Assembly (NCBI GenBank): GCA_964016885.1
Contig: OZ024742.1
Span: 233,554,001 to 233,618,000, forward strand
Source of the DNA: Eledone cirrhosa
Lineage: Eukaryota
Reading direction: 5' to 3'
DNA: 64,000 nucleotides
Below, one piece after another: positions 14,681 through 32,151 of this stretch. How positions within the stretch are numbered: the stretch's first letter is position 1; every line of letters starts with the position of its first letter. Under the pieces are notes generated by a model, which was given only the letters and a program-made list of their open reading frames with translations, was not told the origin of the DNA and searched no databases. The position numbers and the translations under genes are program-made.

Positions 14681-15347
14681 AATTCATATACGTATACATA
14701 CATGCATACATTTATACATACAAATACATATGAATATATTCATATTCATATAATCATACGTATATCTACATATGCCCATACGTATGCATATTTATACATA
14801 TACACATACGTACATGTATATATACATATATCTTCCCTTCCACTAACATTCCACAGCACCTATTCTCACCACCACTGCACACATGACCCATGACCCCTCC
14901 AAAACCCATCCTTAGCTATTTCCACCTTAAAGCTCTGTGATACCCTAGCTATTGCACCGCTTGTGAATCCCCTCCCGTACCCCCTTACCTATCTCTCCAT
15001 CACTACATCCTCTCTCGCCATATACTATCAGCCAGCGCTTCCTCTTACTCATCACTCTGCCAAATTACCATATGTACTTATAAATTCCTACCTATCATCC
15101 TCTCCAGAGCAGAGACGGCTTTTCACTTAGGACTATGACCAACAACCTCTCTAGTGACAGTAACACGAAAAGGCACCCGGTACACCCCGTAAGTTGGTTG
15201 GTGACAGGAAGGGTACTCCACTGCAGAAACCATGTCTAAAGGGGCTGGTAGGACATCTCTGACATGTCAAGTACATGACAGTCTCTCTAGTTAATAAATA
15301 AAACAGTAAGAATAAATTTATGACGCACCAATATATATGCTACATAA

Positions 15348-15533
15348 GGGCGGTGAATTGGCAGTATCGGTAGAGGACGCCATGCTTTCTAGCATAGTTA
15401 CTTTTCTTTACGGTCTGAGTTCAAATACCGTCGAGGTTAACTTTGCCTTTCATCCTTACGGGGGTCGATAAAATAAAGTACCAGTAATGTACTGGGTAAT
15501 TTGCTGGCCTTGTGCCAAACTTAGAAACAATTA
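15348..15533 (+). mobile_element. tRNA-derived SINE (probably MetaSINE-type central domain)
   Basis: A-box tggcagtatcgg, B-box gagttcaaatac, central ctttgcctttcatccttacggggtcgataaaataaagtaccag, tail gctggccttgtgccaaa..agaaacaatta. Confidence 0.85.
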
Positions 15534-15917
15534 TATACACTACATAAATAAAACAACGATATCGCACGAATGCCTTATTACATGATGTGAACCAGAAGAG
15601 AGAGAACTATGTATAGAACACGTTTAGTTCTTTTTATGTTTCTTTTCTTTTTCTTTTTCTTTTTCTTATATTTTCTTCTTATTTCGTCTTGCGCACATAA
15701 CCACATTACTACTTCCTGGACTCAAATAGTTTCACGTGATCATGTGTTTTATTATAACATTTTCTTCGCAGTATTCTGCTTACTTTATCTCTGATGTTCA
15801 TTTTATTGTATGAATAAACGTTGCTATTCTTTATTTTATCTTCACCAACTTCTGCTTGCTTTATTTATGGTAGTTTGTTTTTGCTTTTGCTATTCCTATA
15901 CAATTTTTATCTAATTT

Positions 15918-15969
<52 letters not shown>

Positions 15970-15976
<7 letters not shown>

Positions 15977-16171
15977 GTGAGGTTTTTTTTACAAAATGAA
16001 AAATAACCGAGATGTCCTACACGAGTGAAAGTATAAGGAAAAAAGATGAAATCAAAAATGCAACTGGAGTCTTCTTTTTTTAAAATATATATTTATTTGG
16101 TTCCTTTACCGGTTTCGCAGTTCTTCTGCTTTTCAAAAGTAGAATTGAGATGGAGGGTCTGTAGGTTTTCT

Positions 16172-16175
<4 letters not shown>
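15970..16175 (-). mobile_element. Mini-element family D (single arm) with HHR at 16103-16140
   Basis: Reverse complement of 36313-36523; TTGAAAA-gcag..ctgc-GAAA-CCGG-TA-aagg; (TA)n on both sides. Confidence 0.8.
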
Positions 16176-16202
<27 letters not shown>

Positions 16203-16346
16203 GGGGCGGGGTATGTTCAGTAGAAGTTGTTTTGGTAAAAACAGAGTAAGTAGGAGAAAGCTCTCTACATTCGTAGTGTGTAGTTACGATGGAGATTGAC
16301 TTTCAGAATAACATTAAGAAAGATGCTGATGGTTATTCTTATACAG

Positions 16347-16488
<142 letters not shown>

Positions 16489-16571
16489 GTGTGTGAGTAC
16501 AAATATATACATACATATATATTGGTTTATATCTATATACAATATAAATATATATATATATATACGCATGC

Positions 16572-16668
16572 TATAGCAGAGGACATTTGCTTACAGTGCC
16601 ACGCAGTGGGACTGAATCCGAAACTACTTGGTTTCGAAACGAACCCCTTAACCACACAACGATGCCTG
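16572..16668 (-). mobile_element. Second tRNA-derived SINE family, head fragment
   Basis: Minus strand reads caggcatcgttgtgtggttaag..ggattcagtcccactgcgtggcac; a related decayed copy lies at 50364-50495 (+). Confidence 0.55.
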
Positions 16669-17542
16669 TATCTATGTAGGGATCAAAGAGATCAAATTTC
16701 AAGAACGATGAATTCTACTTGCAAAACGATTTGAGATTGTGTGTAGATATTTCATGAGTAACGGGGTTAACAATACATTCTCTAAAACAAATCAATTTTA
16801 CACAAGTTTATTTTCCACTTTAAAGAAAATGTTAACCCTTACAGACTGACAGTATTTCAGCCTAATAAATAACAGTTATCAATTTAGGCTCAATGCAAGC
16901 AATTTTAGGAGGACTGACAAGTCGGTAGCTTGACTGCTACAGGGATTTGAACTCAAAACATAAAAAGCCGCTAGTCGTAGTGTTCGACACTTTAATGATT
17001 CTACCAGTCAACCAACCAAAAAATAGTATTTCTGCTGATTCTACTTAAACGTCAGGTTTCTCCACGATAACGGAATTGCCAAACTGTAATCAAACATTTT
17101 GAGAATAATTTAGAACAGATTTTTTTTTTTTAAATTAATTCAATTAATTCTGATAGCAAGAATTTTTTTCCTATTTCCATTTCTTTTTATTTATCTACAT
17201 TTTGTAGTTTATAAAGAAGGATAAAAATATTTAAACCACATTATTGAAAAAGCTTTCTGACAGCATGATTAAATGTTTGGAAATTAATCATACTAGAAGA
17301 ATTGATTATTAAATATTTTGTTGTCTTACACACACACACATATGTATACATACATACATACACCCATACATACACATACATACATATGTATGTATGTATG
17401 TGTATGTATGAATATATATATGCATATGTGTGTATATGTTCTAAATTGGAATTTCAATGAGCGATCTAACCTAAAAAAATTCAACATTATTTTGAGGTTA
17501 AAAACAAATTTTATTTTGTTGGGCGGCTCTGTGTGTGTGTGC

Positions 17543-17580
<38 letters not shown>

Positions 17581-17891
17581 CTTATCTAGGACATTCTTAT
17601 TCCTTAGCCAATCAAAATCTTTCCTGACACCAAGTGCAATAATGAGTTTGCTCTAATGAAACTTCTTAGTGGCGAAGGATGAGTGAAACAAGGACATTCG
17701 AGGTTACCTTACATTACAATGGTAGTGATGGGGTTTGCTGATGGGGAAGACAGGCTCAGGATGTCGTAGAAGGTGATGGTGTGTAGGTGGCAAGGTTAGA
17801 GATGGTACATACTGTAACATATTTCCAAAAATTGGTATAGACTTCTGCAATCATTCAAGCACACACGCGCACACACACACGCACACACACA

Positions 17892-20060
<2,169 letters not shown>

Positions 20061-20378
20061 TTGTTTTATGTGATAAGTGAACCGTTGTAAACATTTATTT
20101 CAGAGATTGCTTTTTCTATTGAAATATCTTGTGAGTCATTTAGGTACATGAATAACATTCATTTTGTAGGAAAGAGAGATATTCTCTCCCTACAGAATTT
20201 AGTGTTTTCTAATAACATTTTGTTGCAAAAATTTCATGATGTTCATAGAACAGTTCTTTTATGACAATAATTAAAGAAATTTCATCGCAGTTTTGCAATA
20301 TCTTGTAATATATACTGTAATAGCGCCAGGCCAATCTAAGCCATGTAGATGAAATTTGATGGATGGGACTGCAGAAAC

Positions 20379-20598
20379 CTGATATCTGGACTCTTGGCTA
20401 GTAAACTGATTTCCGCCATGCTTTTTGTCATCACCACCTGATCTTTGGATGTCTTTAGTAGGGTCTAGTATATTGCGAGCATTTGGATCAGATCTGCGTG
20501 TGTTATACGTTTTATCTCCCATTTCCCTCGAATTTCGGAGGCACTGTGAAAGCTCACGATCACTGCATTTTCTCGTTTGACTAAGCCATAAAAAAGCC
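20379..20598 (-). CDS. Candidate exon, unidentified
   Basis: Non-repetitive open frame ..SQTRKCSDRELSQCLRNSREMGDKTYNTRRSDPNARNILDPTKDIQRSGGDDKKHGGNQFTSQESRYQ; an upstream GTAAGT donor lies at 20672; the downstream donor is weak. Confidence 0.25.
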
Positions 20599-21634
20599 TC
20601 TAGTATTCATTTGGATTTTAAAACTCTAATCCATGTTTTTTTTTTCTTGCTAAGAAATTGCCTCATACTTACGCATTGATATAAATTGGGTGATGTTCCT
20701 GTTCTCAGCATGAAGATATATTCTAAGATTCATATTTTTAGTTTATCTAGATATTTCAGTGAATTTGCTGTTATCAACCCTTAAAATAATGAATTCCTGG
20801 GTAATGGCTATATTGCTGTGAATAATCTAATCTATTGTTGCATAAACCAACCAGTGTATTACCGACATGCATTTTATTGACCATTTTATGAAAAGTGTAA
20901 TTAATCTACAAAGAACTTGAAATCAACAAGTAGAGACACATTTAATACGGTATTTAATGTTAAAACCATCTCTACCGCTCTTTCCTTTAACGATTTCCAT
21001 TTACAGAAAAACTATAAAAACATTAATAAAATTAATGAAAATAGAACTGGAACTACTAATTAAAATACCATTTGCTCTTCGGATTTGGGAGATTTTGGAA
21101 TATCAAGTTCAGTTAATTAATTTACATTGTTAATTGCTTTAAATAAAACTTTATGAATGCTCATCGACAGGACTATCATAGTCAAGGCATCTAAAATATG
21201 GTGTTAAATTCGGTGTTTCTAAAACTAATGTTTCCATAAATATTTTTTCCGCTTTTAATGAACCCAGGTTTTGATTAGTGAAAGTCATATGATATCAAAA
21301 TTTCCATAGAAATACGAGTAAAAAATATAATGATGCACATATGAGTGATCCTAAAACAATTTATCAAAAACCACAAACTTCTTGATGAGAAGCTTAATAT
21401 TAGTCTTCATTAAGTGCTGATTAAAAGCCTATTAAAGCTGCATTTGTTTTTGTTTTTGTTTTTTTACTATATTGATGAATCCCTGCAAAAGCGATCATGT
21501 ATATTTTTGTATTTTCTAAATTATTGAAATAATTGAAATATGATATATTCAGTCAATCGATCTATCAAATGATCAGTAAATTTTCGGGGTTTCAAATGTA
21601 TACATGCGTGTAAGTGCATGTGTTTTTATGTGTA

Positions 21635-22118
21635 CTAGCAGAAAAACCACCCCTCGGGTGGTTTTCTGCTAGCATGTTTGTTGTGTATATTGATATTATA
21701 CGCAAATATATACATGTAGATATGATACATCAAATGAAATCGTAATTAACAATATCCACAGAAATCGAACGAAACTGCGTTACACTGTCTTATGTAATCA
21801 CTAAAGTAATCCATGATACATTAAAAAAAGACGATATTATATATAAACTGCATAGGGAAAAAAATTAGTGACGGAAATATATGAATGTTTATATAAGCGA
21901 TCGCTAACCGGAAGTGTTGACATTTGAACATTTTAAAGAAGTGAATCTTAAAATAAGCAACGAAATTATTTATATTTAAAGAATTATGAAATTTAGTAGA
22001 TAAATTATGTAATATTCATTCACTATTTATTCAAAGTAATCCAACTTATTTTACAAACGGGATAAACAAGATATATTCTGGACGCAGTCCCGCACTCCTT
22101 TCTTTATTATAGTTAAGA
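21635..22118 (-). mobile_element. Non-autonomous Helitron, copy 1
   Basis: Minus strand starts A|TC(ttaactataataaag), ends with a hairpin and CTAG|T; no TSD; second copy at 25597-26080. Confidence 0.85.
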
Positions 22119-22309
22119 TTTATGTGGTGTGCTTGTGCGTGAGTGTGAGAGAGAAAACGAGAGAGCAAATGTGGTGTGTGTATATGTGTGTGAGCGCGCG
22201 CGCGTGTGTGTGTGTGTATGTGTGTGTATGTGTGTGTGCGTGCGTGTATGAGTGCATGAAGCCGCATTATTTAGTGGTCTCAGCCCTTGTGGCCAATAAA
22301 GAAATCATT

Positions 22310-22570
22310 ATTTAGTGGTTGAGGTGTTCGGCTCTTGATCGTAAAGTCATGAGTTTGATTCCTGGAAGAGGCAGTGCACTTTATTTCATATTGCTCCAGT
22401 TGACACAGCTGGAAAAAATAAGTTGTATCGAAACTGTCTTGGACTTTACTTTTCCCTTAAACAACATTGGGGCGGAGAAAGGGGAGATTAGTATACACGA
22501 GTGACTGTTTTTATACCCCAAAACGCCTTACCCAGATTTCTACCATGGAGAATAACTTTCCAGGTGCAAA
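22310..22570 (+). mobile_element. Decayed tRNA-derived SINE (third family)
   Basis: tttagtggttgaggtgttcggct..gagtttgattcctgg head, followed by gcactttatttcatattgctccagttgacacagctg. Confidence 0.55.
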
Positions 22571-22884
22571 CCCTTGCTCAATCTTGACCAAAGGGGCGGG
22601 GGCTACTTTAATATATATAAGTATGTCTCTGTGTGTTTGCGTTCGTCTGAAGTCTATGGTATATTCTTTTTGTTTTTCTTTTCGTCACACAATATAAACT
22701 TTGCTACTTCTCATGATTTGGTGACATCGATATGTTTGACGTTCAACATGAACTTCTATAGGTTAATACCTGTGGAGAAGGAAGGATATCCAGATAGTTG
22801 TGATTCTGGAAAGGAAGAATTCAGCAAACCTTTTAGTGGGGAAGGGCGGGGAATTCGACACAGTGGTAATAGTTGGAGGATGAG

Positions 22885-23190
22885 AAGCAGCTACATCATG
22901 GTAGGCATGTGGTACGCAGATGTTTAGTTCGGAGGAGGAAATGACATTGTAGTTGCGGTATACTGATTTATATTTTAGAGGACAGAGGACATTGGAGAAC
23001 AGGTAGATATTTCAGGACCGGTATACAGTTTTGCAGTTCAACAGAGGTGAGAATGTAGTGATGGTACACAGTTTAAAGGAAGAGAGGACATTGCAGATTT
23101 ATATTTTAGAAGAGCAGAGGACATTGTTGTAGTGGTACATAGTTTTCGAGTTCAGAAGAGAAGGGTGCATTGTAGTAGATGTTCACAGGA
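22885..23190. repeat. Degenerate minisatellite (unit roughly 40-45 bp)
   Basis: Recurring agttcagaaga..gaggacattgtagt..ggtacacag units. Confidence 0.6.
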
Positions 23191-23349
23191 TCAGAAAATA
23201 ACTTCATTATGATCAAGGATAACAAAGAGTACTTGGTGTATGTAAGATATATTCAAAATCTAAATTTATAAATAATAGTGTCAAACATCTTTTGTTTTCT
23301 CTTTTGCCAACTGCAAAAACCATTTACATATCGTGTCAACAAGAAAACC

Positions 23350-23530
23350 TAGAAGTCGTTCTTTGACTTGCTAGAATTAGGAGTTAAATTTTCCGCAAAC
23401 CACACTATCATCTTGAAAACGGAATGACACATTCTATAGTAAAGATCTAGATACTCCTAAAATAGGATGGTCACGACTGGAATTCCTTTAAGCATATGTC
23501 TGTTTGATTGGTGATGATCTAGAGCTAAAT
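23350..23530 (+). mobile_element. Old interspersed repeat ending in (CAA)n (SINE or LINE tail)
   Basis: gacttgctagaa..ggatggtcacgactggaat..cataggtctg..gctaaacaacaac; further copies at 24420-24610 (-), 40480-40675, 43905-44097, 45985-46195, 46230-46412 and 61870-62000. Confidence 0.7.
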
Positions 23531-24227
23531 AATTGTTCAGTGTAATTGTTTAAATAATTCACTAGTGCTAATCTTAAATATATATATGGCAGTTACACAT
23601 ATATTTTGATCATAGGTCTGTTCGGTCAGTGTTGACCTGAGGATAAACAACAATAATATATATATATATAATACTTCAGCTGCTGTTGCGAATAGGTTTA
23701 GGAGATCCGGAAAGTATTCTCTCCACCTCGCGCGGATGCACCCCTCTGAAGAGAGGAGAAAACTGCAATATATTTTTCAAATAAACCCCTCTACCTAAGA
23801 CCTGATCGCATCCCTTGTTATCCCGCGTGAAAACTAGGCATTTTAGAAGCTGCCTTTATTCGCTTCATCGCAGCTACATCAGTGAGTAGCAAGAGTTTTC
23901 TTGGAAGCTAACAATGTCACCCATTGCTCCATTTCAGCTATTAGTTTACCAATGCTGGTCCGAGGTTGCTTATGCGTCATGCAGGAGTCCTATTATATCG
24001 CAACTAACCATCATATATGGTGACCCGTTCTCTAGCAAATGTAACCGTTTAAATAACTCACTAGTGTCAATCTTAACTGCATCTGTCAGTCACACATATG
24101 TCTTCTCTATTCACATACATACCTACACATGCATACGTGCACATTCATAGCACAGAAGAGACATATATGTGTATGTGAGTGTATATATGTGAGTGTGTAT
24201 ATGTATATATATGTATGTGTGTGTGTA

Positions 24228-24262
<35 letters not shown>

Positions 24263-24829
24263 AAGAGAGAGGAAGAGCGAGAGTGAGAGGGAGAGTGATG
24301 GTACAGGATCTCTTACATAAATTATAGGGACTCATTTAAAACTGTTAACTGGGAGTTGAAAGCTTCACCCAAAATATATCACTATTTAATGGTGGCTGAC
24401 ATTTATGCACCGACGAGGAGGTTGTTGATGTTGTTTAGCCCAGAGTTCACTATTAACAAATAGACCTGTGATAGAAGACATTCCATCCATTACACTCCCA
24501 TCTCTGTTTCAGACATACATTATTCAATGTTTTTATGACTTGTCGGGTATGATTTGGGGAGCAGATTCTGCTGCCATTTCTAGCAAGTCGAACAAGCGCA
24601 TGGAGGCTCCCACTTTTTATGATATCTTAGTTACATGATCTCACTCTAATTATTGTTGATCATTAACTGAACATTAACAATTTATGAGACTGCATTCCGG
24701 ATTATTATGTGAATGGTATTATTCCGGATTTTAGAATAGAAATACCGTACCTATTTCGAATGGCATTTAAAATAGATACACTGTATCTCTTACGTGATAG
24801 ATATTCACAGACTCCCATATTTGGTACCT

Positions 24830-26265
24830 TGAATTTAATCGAATGATTTTTTTTCTTTTCGAAGAACGTTTCATTGGTCGGCCTTTTATTGAATTGACTT
24901 TTTATTGAAACGATAGTTCATAGATAGACTTTGTAAATAAATTATTTTTGTAAGATGTTTTTTATCAATAGTCATATCATTTATCAACAGTCATATGATT
25001 TTGGAGGCTCACCAAGAGAAAGACATTACAGCGCAATGGATAAACGATAAAAGACCATTGTAACTTTATATCATGCTATTAAGGATCGAATAATGAATTA
25101 TCATTTATCAGAAAATGCTTAACTTATGAAACTGGGACAAACAGAAATGCTTAAAGTTCTATTACATTTTTTTAATGTTTTGAGTTGTAATTCTATATTT
25201 ATTTTATATTGAAAATTATTATATAATTAAAATTATCAAATATCTAACTAACGGTGAATTGGTAGAGTTGTTAGAAGGTCGAATAGAATGTATTGCGGTA
25301 ATCGTTCCGAATCACTGCATTTTGAGTTCAACACCCACCCTGGCCAATTTTACCTTTTATCCTTTCAAGGTCGATAACAAAAGTACCAGCCCAATAATGA
25401 GGTCGTTTCATCCTCTATATCTCTTTCTCACTCTCTCTCTCTCCTATGGCAGAAATCAACTGTGTTCAGACTTGGTCAGAGGATCAAAATACGGCTAACA
25501 AATGCAGTATAACATTACGGCGCCCCTAAGGCTCTACCAGGAATTATGTTTCCTAAGAAAAAAGATATATCTAGCATTGTTATATCATTAGAAATACTAG
25601 CAGAAAAACCACCCTTCGAGTGGTTTTCTGCTAGCATGTGTAGTGTGTATATTGATATTATACGCAAGTATATATGCATGTAGATATGATACATCAAATA
25701 AAATCGTAATTGACAATATACACAGAAATTGAAGGAAGACTGTGTTACACTGTCTTATGTAATCAGTAACGTAATCCATGATACATTAAAAAAAGACGAT
25801 ATTATATATAAACTGCATTAGGAGAAAATTAGTGACAGAAATATATGAATATTTATTTAAACAATCGCTAACCGGAAGTGTTGACATTTGAACATTTTAA
25901 AGAAGTGAATCTTTAAATAAGTAATAAAATATATTTAATGAACAGCCACGAAATTTAGTAGATAAATTATGTAATATTCATTCATTATTTATTCAAAGTA
26001 ATCCAACTTATTTTACTAAGGGGATAAAAAAATTATAAGCCGTACGCAGTCCCGCGCTTCTTACTTTATTATAGTTTAGATTTAAAACTATTCTAGGAAG
26101 TAATATATTTGCAAGGTTGTTCTATGAAACTTAGCTTCGATAAAAAGTTGATTCGTTGAAAATAGGTTTGCAAAACCATTCTATGTTTTTGTAAAAGTTG
26201 CTCGGTGAAAATCGTTTCGATAAAACGTCGTTTAGACAAAACTTGTTCTATAAGCAGGCGTCCGT
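24830..26265. mobile_element. Old TIR element with repetitive subterminal arms (MULE/foldback-like), containing a nested SINE and Helitron
   Basis: 24880-24945 matches the reverse complement of 26100-26170 (actttttatcgaa..ttcataga..ttgcaaata); arms are built of short ttcgataaaa-like units. Confidence 0.55.
25597..26080 (-). mobile_element. Non-autonomous Helitron, copy 2
   Basis: Same termini (A|TC ... CTAG|T) and body as 21635-22118. Confidence 0.85.
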
Positions 26266-26302
26266 TATTTTTTGTTGAAAAGTTGTTTTACTCACACAAA
26301 TA

Positions 26303-26545
26303 CATCCGCTTCCTTTTCGTACCGGTCACCGTCGAGACTTCAGGTGTCCTCGGTCTCTGCACTGCTGATTTCCTTCGTAAAAATGGGTAGACAGCAGTTG
26401 GCCAGAGGAAAGAGTTCTGTGAGGGGAAATGGATGTTGCAGCGGGTGTCGCTGGCCATTCTCCGTGGCAATGCCTTTGCTATTTTATCCCTGAGGCGCAG
26501 CTGAAAAACCACTCAGACCGGGGTGTAAAGCCTGTCACTCTTCTC
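26303..26545 (+). mobile_element. CRE-clade non-LTR 3' fragment
   Basis: RFLFVPVTVETSGVLG..QRVSLAILRGNAFAIL, the tail of a restriction-like endonuclease. Confidence 0.8.
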
Positions 26546-26661
26546 TTTCTTTCTTTCGTTGCTTAATTCTCTTTATTTCTATGCTCTCTTTCTTATTTTC
26601 CTTTCTTTTTTGTTGCCATGTATATTGTACAGCTTTTTTTTTTTTACTACTGGATATTTTA

Positions 26662-26699
<38 letters not shown>

Positions 26700-27812
26700 T
26701 GTGTGAAGAAAGAAGTCACAGAGAGAGAAGAAAGAAATCAGAGAGAGAGGAGAGAGGAAGAGAGCGGGAGAGAGAAGTTGACGTTAAAAATATTCAGTGT
26801 GAGACCAGAAATATATTGGTTGTTTATTTTAACACTTAGCTACTAAAAGCTAATCAAGATTTTATATATTTTTCTTTTATTTTCTTCCATGTTTTATCCA
26901 TACCATTCTCCAGGCTTAATGTACAGTCAAATATTCCTTTCTGACATCATCTTCCACTTTAAGCAATATCTTTTCTCTTGCTGAAAGATTTCACTTTAAC
27001 GCTGTTGAACCAACAAAGTTTTAAGTAAAATGATTTGAAGCATCTCGACATTGTTCTCTTATAACAACACATATATTGGTTGGTGTGTGAAGAGATGGAT
27101 TTATTTACATTGAACTGCGGATCGATCGTTTCCATTGCATAGTTTATTGTTAATGTAACAACCTTTATGCAATTGTGATCATAGTTTTGGTAAATATTCA
27201 GATCTAATATGCAGTATATGTTATAGTCTGTTTCAACAGAAAATACCTACTGTTTGCTGAGAGATTGTGTTGAGAAATTTATATAATTTGAATCAAGGTG
27301 TGTTTGAATTTAGAACCGTAAATGAACCATGCTGTACACTCATACATACATAAATACATGATGGTTGCATCTCAACTTCGAACATTACCATCTTTTTCAC
27401 ATACGTGCGTATATCTATGTGTATCTGTGTGTATGTGTGTCTGTGTGTGAGTGTGTCTGTGTCAAAATGTGTGTACTTGTAATTCAAAGGACCAGCGTTG
27501 TCACGCATAACTATGTTAAGGTTGCACGTGCCTATGAAACGCTCAGCCACTTACACGTTATTTTCACGAACAGGCAGGTCCATTGATTGAATCAACTAGA
27601 GTATTCGTCTTCGGAAACAACGGAGGTGTGACAACAAAAATAACAACAACAATATATATATATATAATAAGGGTTGACAGACCCAGCATATTTATCAATG
27701 CCAGTACCGGTTGTATCTCAGCGCACTCCATGGGCAATGTAAGATACATTCCCATAGTATACACAAAGTTATTTGCTTCAACACAACACACGTAAAACGG
27801 GTGCCTATAAGG

Positions 27813-27926
27813 TTACCGGACTCGAGTTTCTGTCGCAGTAATGCAGCAGTAAGGTGCACTGCACCATCTGTCTGCATATATTATGCAACAATGCACAATC
27901 GGCTTATGCGGCTTCATCAGCGGGTA
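27813..27926 (-). ncRNA. Hammerhead ribozyme with a long, branched stem II
   Basis: Minus strand: ccg-CTGATGA-(83 nt, closed by gccgca/tgcgac)-GAAA-CTCGAG-TC-cgg. Confidence 0.75.
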
Positions 27927-28482
27927 TCGCGTAATCAATAACCAATCGATCGACAGAATCTTAAGACCAGCCTATGCCAGCCATGACTGTTTGTGACGCT
28001 GACACGGTAAAGCTATTAGCAACTGGCACCCGATAGGACTCTATCTCCCAACTAGCCACTGATTTACAAATTTTACGTGGGGACGGGAAGCTAAAAAGAA
28101 TCAATCTTTTCGTTCCTGTCAGAAGACCTCAGCCAACGTGTCTCACACACAAATTATCAAGGGGTGAAAAGATGGCCATTAGAAATAGCAGTTCACATTG
28201 ATATAAAATAGAATGGTAGCATTCGGTTCATGTCTCCAAGCCCCATGGCTAGAGGAAAGCGATGGTAACCTTTTACGGACTTTAAATGCGATCATCCAGT
28301 ATATAGAAATATAGTAGCGAGCTGAAATGTGTCAGCCGCGTGTGTAGATAACCAGTCTATTTCCCAACTTAAAAGAGTGAGAGACAAAATTAATAACAGG
28401 AAAAAAGAGTGCATATCAAAACAAAAACACAATAAAAAGTGAAAAATTGTTTAACTTACTCTCAATAGTCCGCTAGTTGGGA

Positions 28483-28543
<61 letters not shown>

Positions 28544-28639
28544 CTTCATACCTTTAGTAGGATTTTGCCTGTATCGACCCAGGATGTGTCTAGCATAACT
28601 GCACGAGCTGACGCTGTCTTGAAAGTTTTATTTCATACA

Positions 28640-30450
28640 TATATCATACTGTGGGTGTCATATCCTACTGAATTAGGAAACTATTGTTAGTTGAACATAT
28701 CCGTGTGTAAGTAGATTATCTGGAGTTTCTTGAAATAATCTTTTTGGGTACGGTTTGATTTTGTTTCAATATGATGTTAAAGAGAGCAGGATCTGTTAGG
28801 GTGAAATAGTTCTGCTGAAATGTTATATAACGTTAATTCAATTTTCACAGAGAATGAAATATATGGTGAACCTTACCTTGGATGATTTTAAAACTTGATG
28901 CCAGTACCATTTGAGCAATATTGATGGAATATTTTCCACATAATACTAAAAATGTAGCGCTCGTGATGGTGTTGGAAGGAATAGAGTTTTTCGAACCGAT
29001 CCTAGTAATCAAAGCTTGTCATTTTATTTATTTATTTATTTATTGTGATTGACCTCTATGTGCTTTCGTTTTCATGATAATTTATTTCGTGTAGGGAGAC
29101 CACAGCGGGCAATAGTATTTGAGGTGAGACCAAATGCAGAGAAACAAAAAGATAATCTGACTCTCTAGATCGGAAAGTTCTAAGAACCTAAAAACGCAAG
29201 CTTAGTTTGCAGTCGCAGTGACACCAAAGGCTCAGATATTATTTGATGTCACGAGGATTTTTCTGGAATAGAAGGATTAGTTCGAAATTTTCCTCGTTTA
29301 GCACCCTATTACTTTGTTTATGTTTTTCTTCACCCATTGATGATCTTCCGTAGCTTAGAGTCATCTCCAAAATCTTTTTTGTTTTTGCTGAGATTGATGA
29401 TGTCTATGATGTCGTTAGTGTAAATAACAAAGATCAGAGTACCCAGTACTGTGCTTTGTGACAGAACACTAACAACTTTTGCTGGGATTGATTGCACTCT
29501 GCCTATCAAGATATGCTGGGTTCTGTTCTCCGAGAAACACTTAATCTACTGTAGTAGTTTCTAGCAGATAGCAGTGTTGAATAGGTGTTTTGACAATATG
29601 TTACGATCGACTCTGTCAACGGCCTCACTGAAGTCAAAATATATATCATTGTTGTCCCTTGCCCTGAGTGGTGCATAAATTATGTTCATTGATCCCTGCC
29701 ATCGCGGAAACTATGTGTGTTGGCATTAAGGAAATTTTTGCTTTCAAAGAATTCAGTAAGTCTTGATCTAACCCTAACCCTTTCAAATACATTAATGATA
29801 TGAAAGGTAAGTGGAATCGGTCGGTAATTCCTACTTTTGGAAACTGGGATGGCATACTGAGACAAAAAGTGTTCAGGTATATAGCCTACGTCCAGTAAGT
29901 TCCTCCAGAGATTAGCTGGAATAGATGCAAATTTTGGTCAACATTCCTTCCGGACACTAACGGAAAACCTATCATGTTGAGTTCTGATGGGTTTTTTTTT
30001 GTTTGATGTTTTTTGGGTTTTTTTCTTGCTGATATTATCTCCGAATCGCCGAAAATTATGTCAGGAAGGATGTACTGAGAGTTTACTTCCCAGATACTGT
30101 CCAATTCAATTATACTGGGGTCACTGCAAACGGAGCACTTTTACTACTGTAGCCATATTTTTCGGCATCATTAAGGAGAATATTGTTTTCATCAGTCCGA
30201 GACTGAAAGAGAGATCTTATGATTTTCGAGACGGGGTGGAATATTTTCGGAAGTTCTACCTCAAAACTACTTTAAAGGTGCATTGTCTCTGGAATACAGC
30301 CTAATTTCACAATCAGGCTGTTCAGCTATTCAAAGAATTAATAAGAATATTGGAGCATTCCTCATCGTAACTGACGGAGGTCCAACAGTATTCAGTATTT
30401 TCATCTATTTTCTGATTTCCAATCCATTTACAGGGCATGATCCACTGTTA
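28640..30450 (-). mobile_element. Heavily decayed CR1/Jockey-group LINE RT
   Basis: Minus-strand remnants IYFDFSEAVDRVD, SVLSQSTVLGTLIFVIYTND and FGDDSKL correspond to DFSKAFD, PQGSVLGP and FADD. Confidence 0.75.
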
Positions 30451-30681
30451 GTGAACTGTTCCTATGGAAACACTCCCACAAAACAAAACTAGGATACTCT
30501 CAATGTAACCAATCTAGAAGAAACATTTAAGTATTTGCCTTCTTTCGTTACTTCCCTTTTCCCTTGTCATTGTCCACCATTACCATCGTTTATCTTGCAC
30601 TCTGATACAATGATATATAATTATAGTTTTTTCAAGCAGATATTACAAGACTTCTTACGGTGATATTACTGAAGTTTGTCG

Positions 30682-31825
<1,144 letters not shown>

Positions 31826-32151
31826 CACTTAAACTCACTGCATATTGCAGGTGTAGGAAGAAAAGGAATGACAGGCTGGAGATAGCGGTAAGGGCAACCA
31901 GGCAGCCAAGATGACTGGTGCTCAACACATTCAGTCGACTGCAATCAATTAATCATTCCTGCACACTTTCTAACCGTTATTGTGGCAGCAGTTTCACTCC
32001 GCTACCAGTATACACCGACACCGAACTCTTCTTTCCAATGTGTCTTTGTTCAGCACTTGTCTCATTCTGATAGAAAGGGGCAGTGTAGTTAACATATAGA
32101 CATTTATTTTCCATACGGCTGTCTTCCTCTATACAAAATCAATATATTATC

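Noticed and set aside
15348-15430. tRNA genes at SINE heads
   Set aside because: A and B boxes are present, but there is no cloverleaf and they continue into a SINE body, several copies with TSDs.
22885-23190. CRISPR-like repeat-spacer array
   Set aside because: Units are degenerate tandem copies without unique spacers; eukaryotic context and no cas genes.
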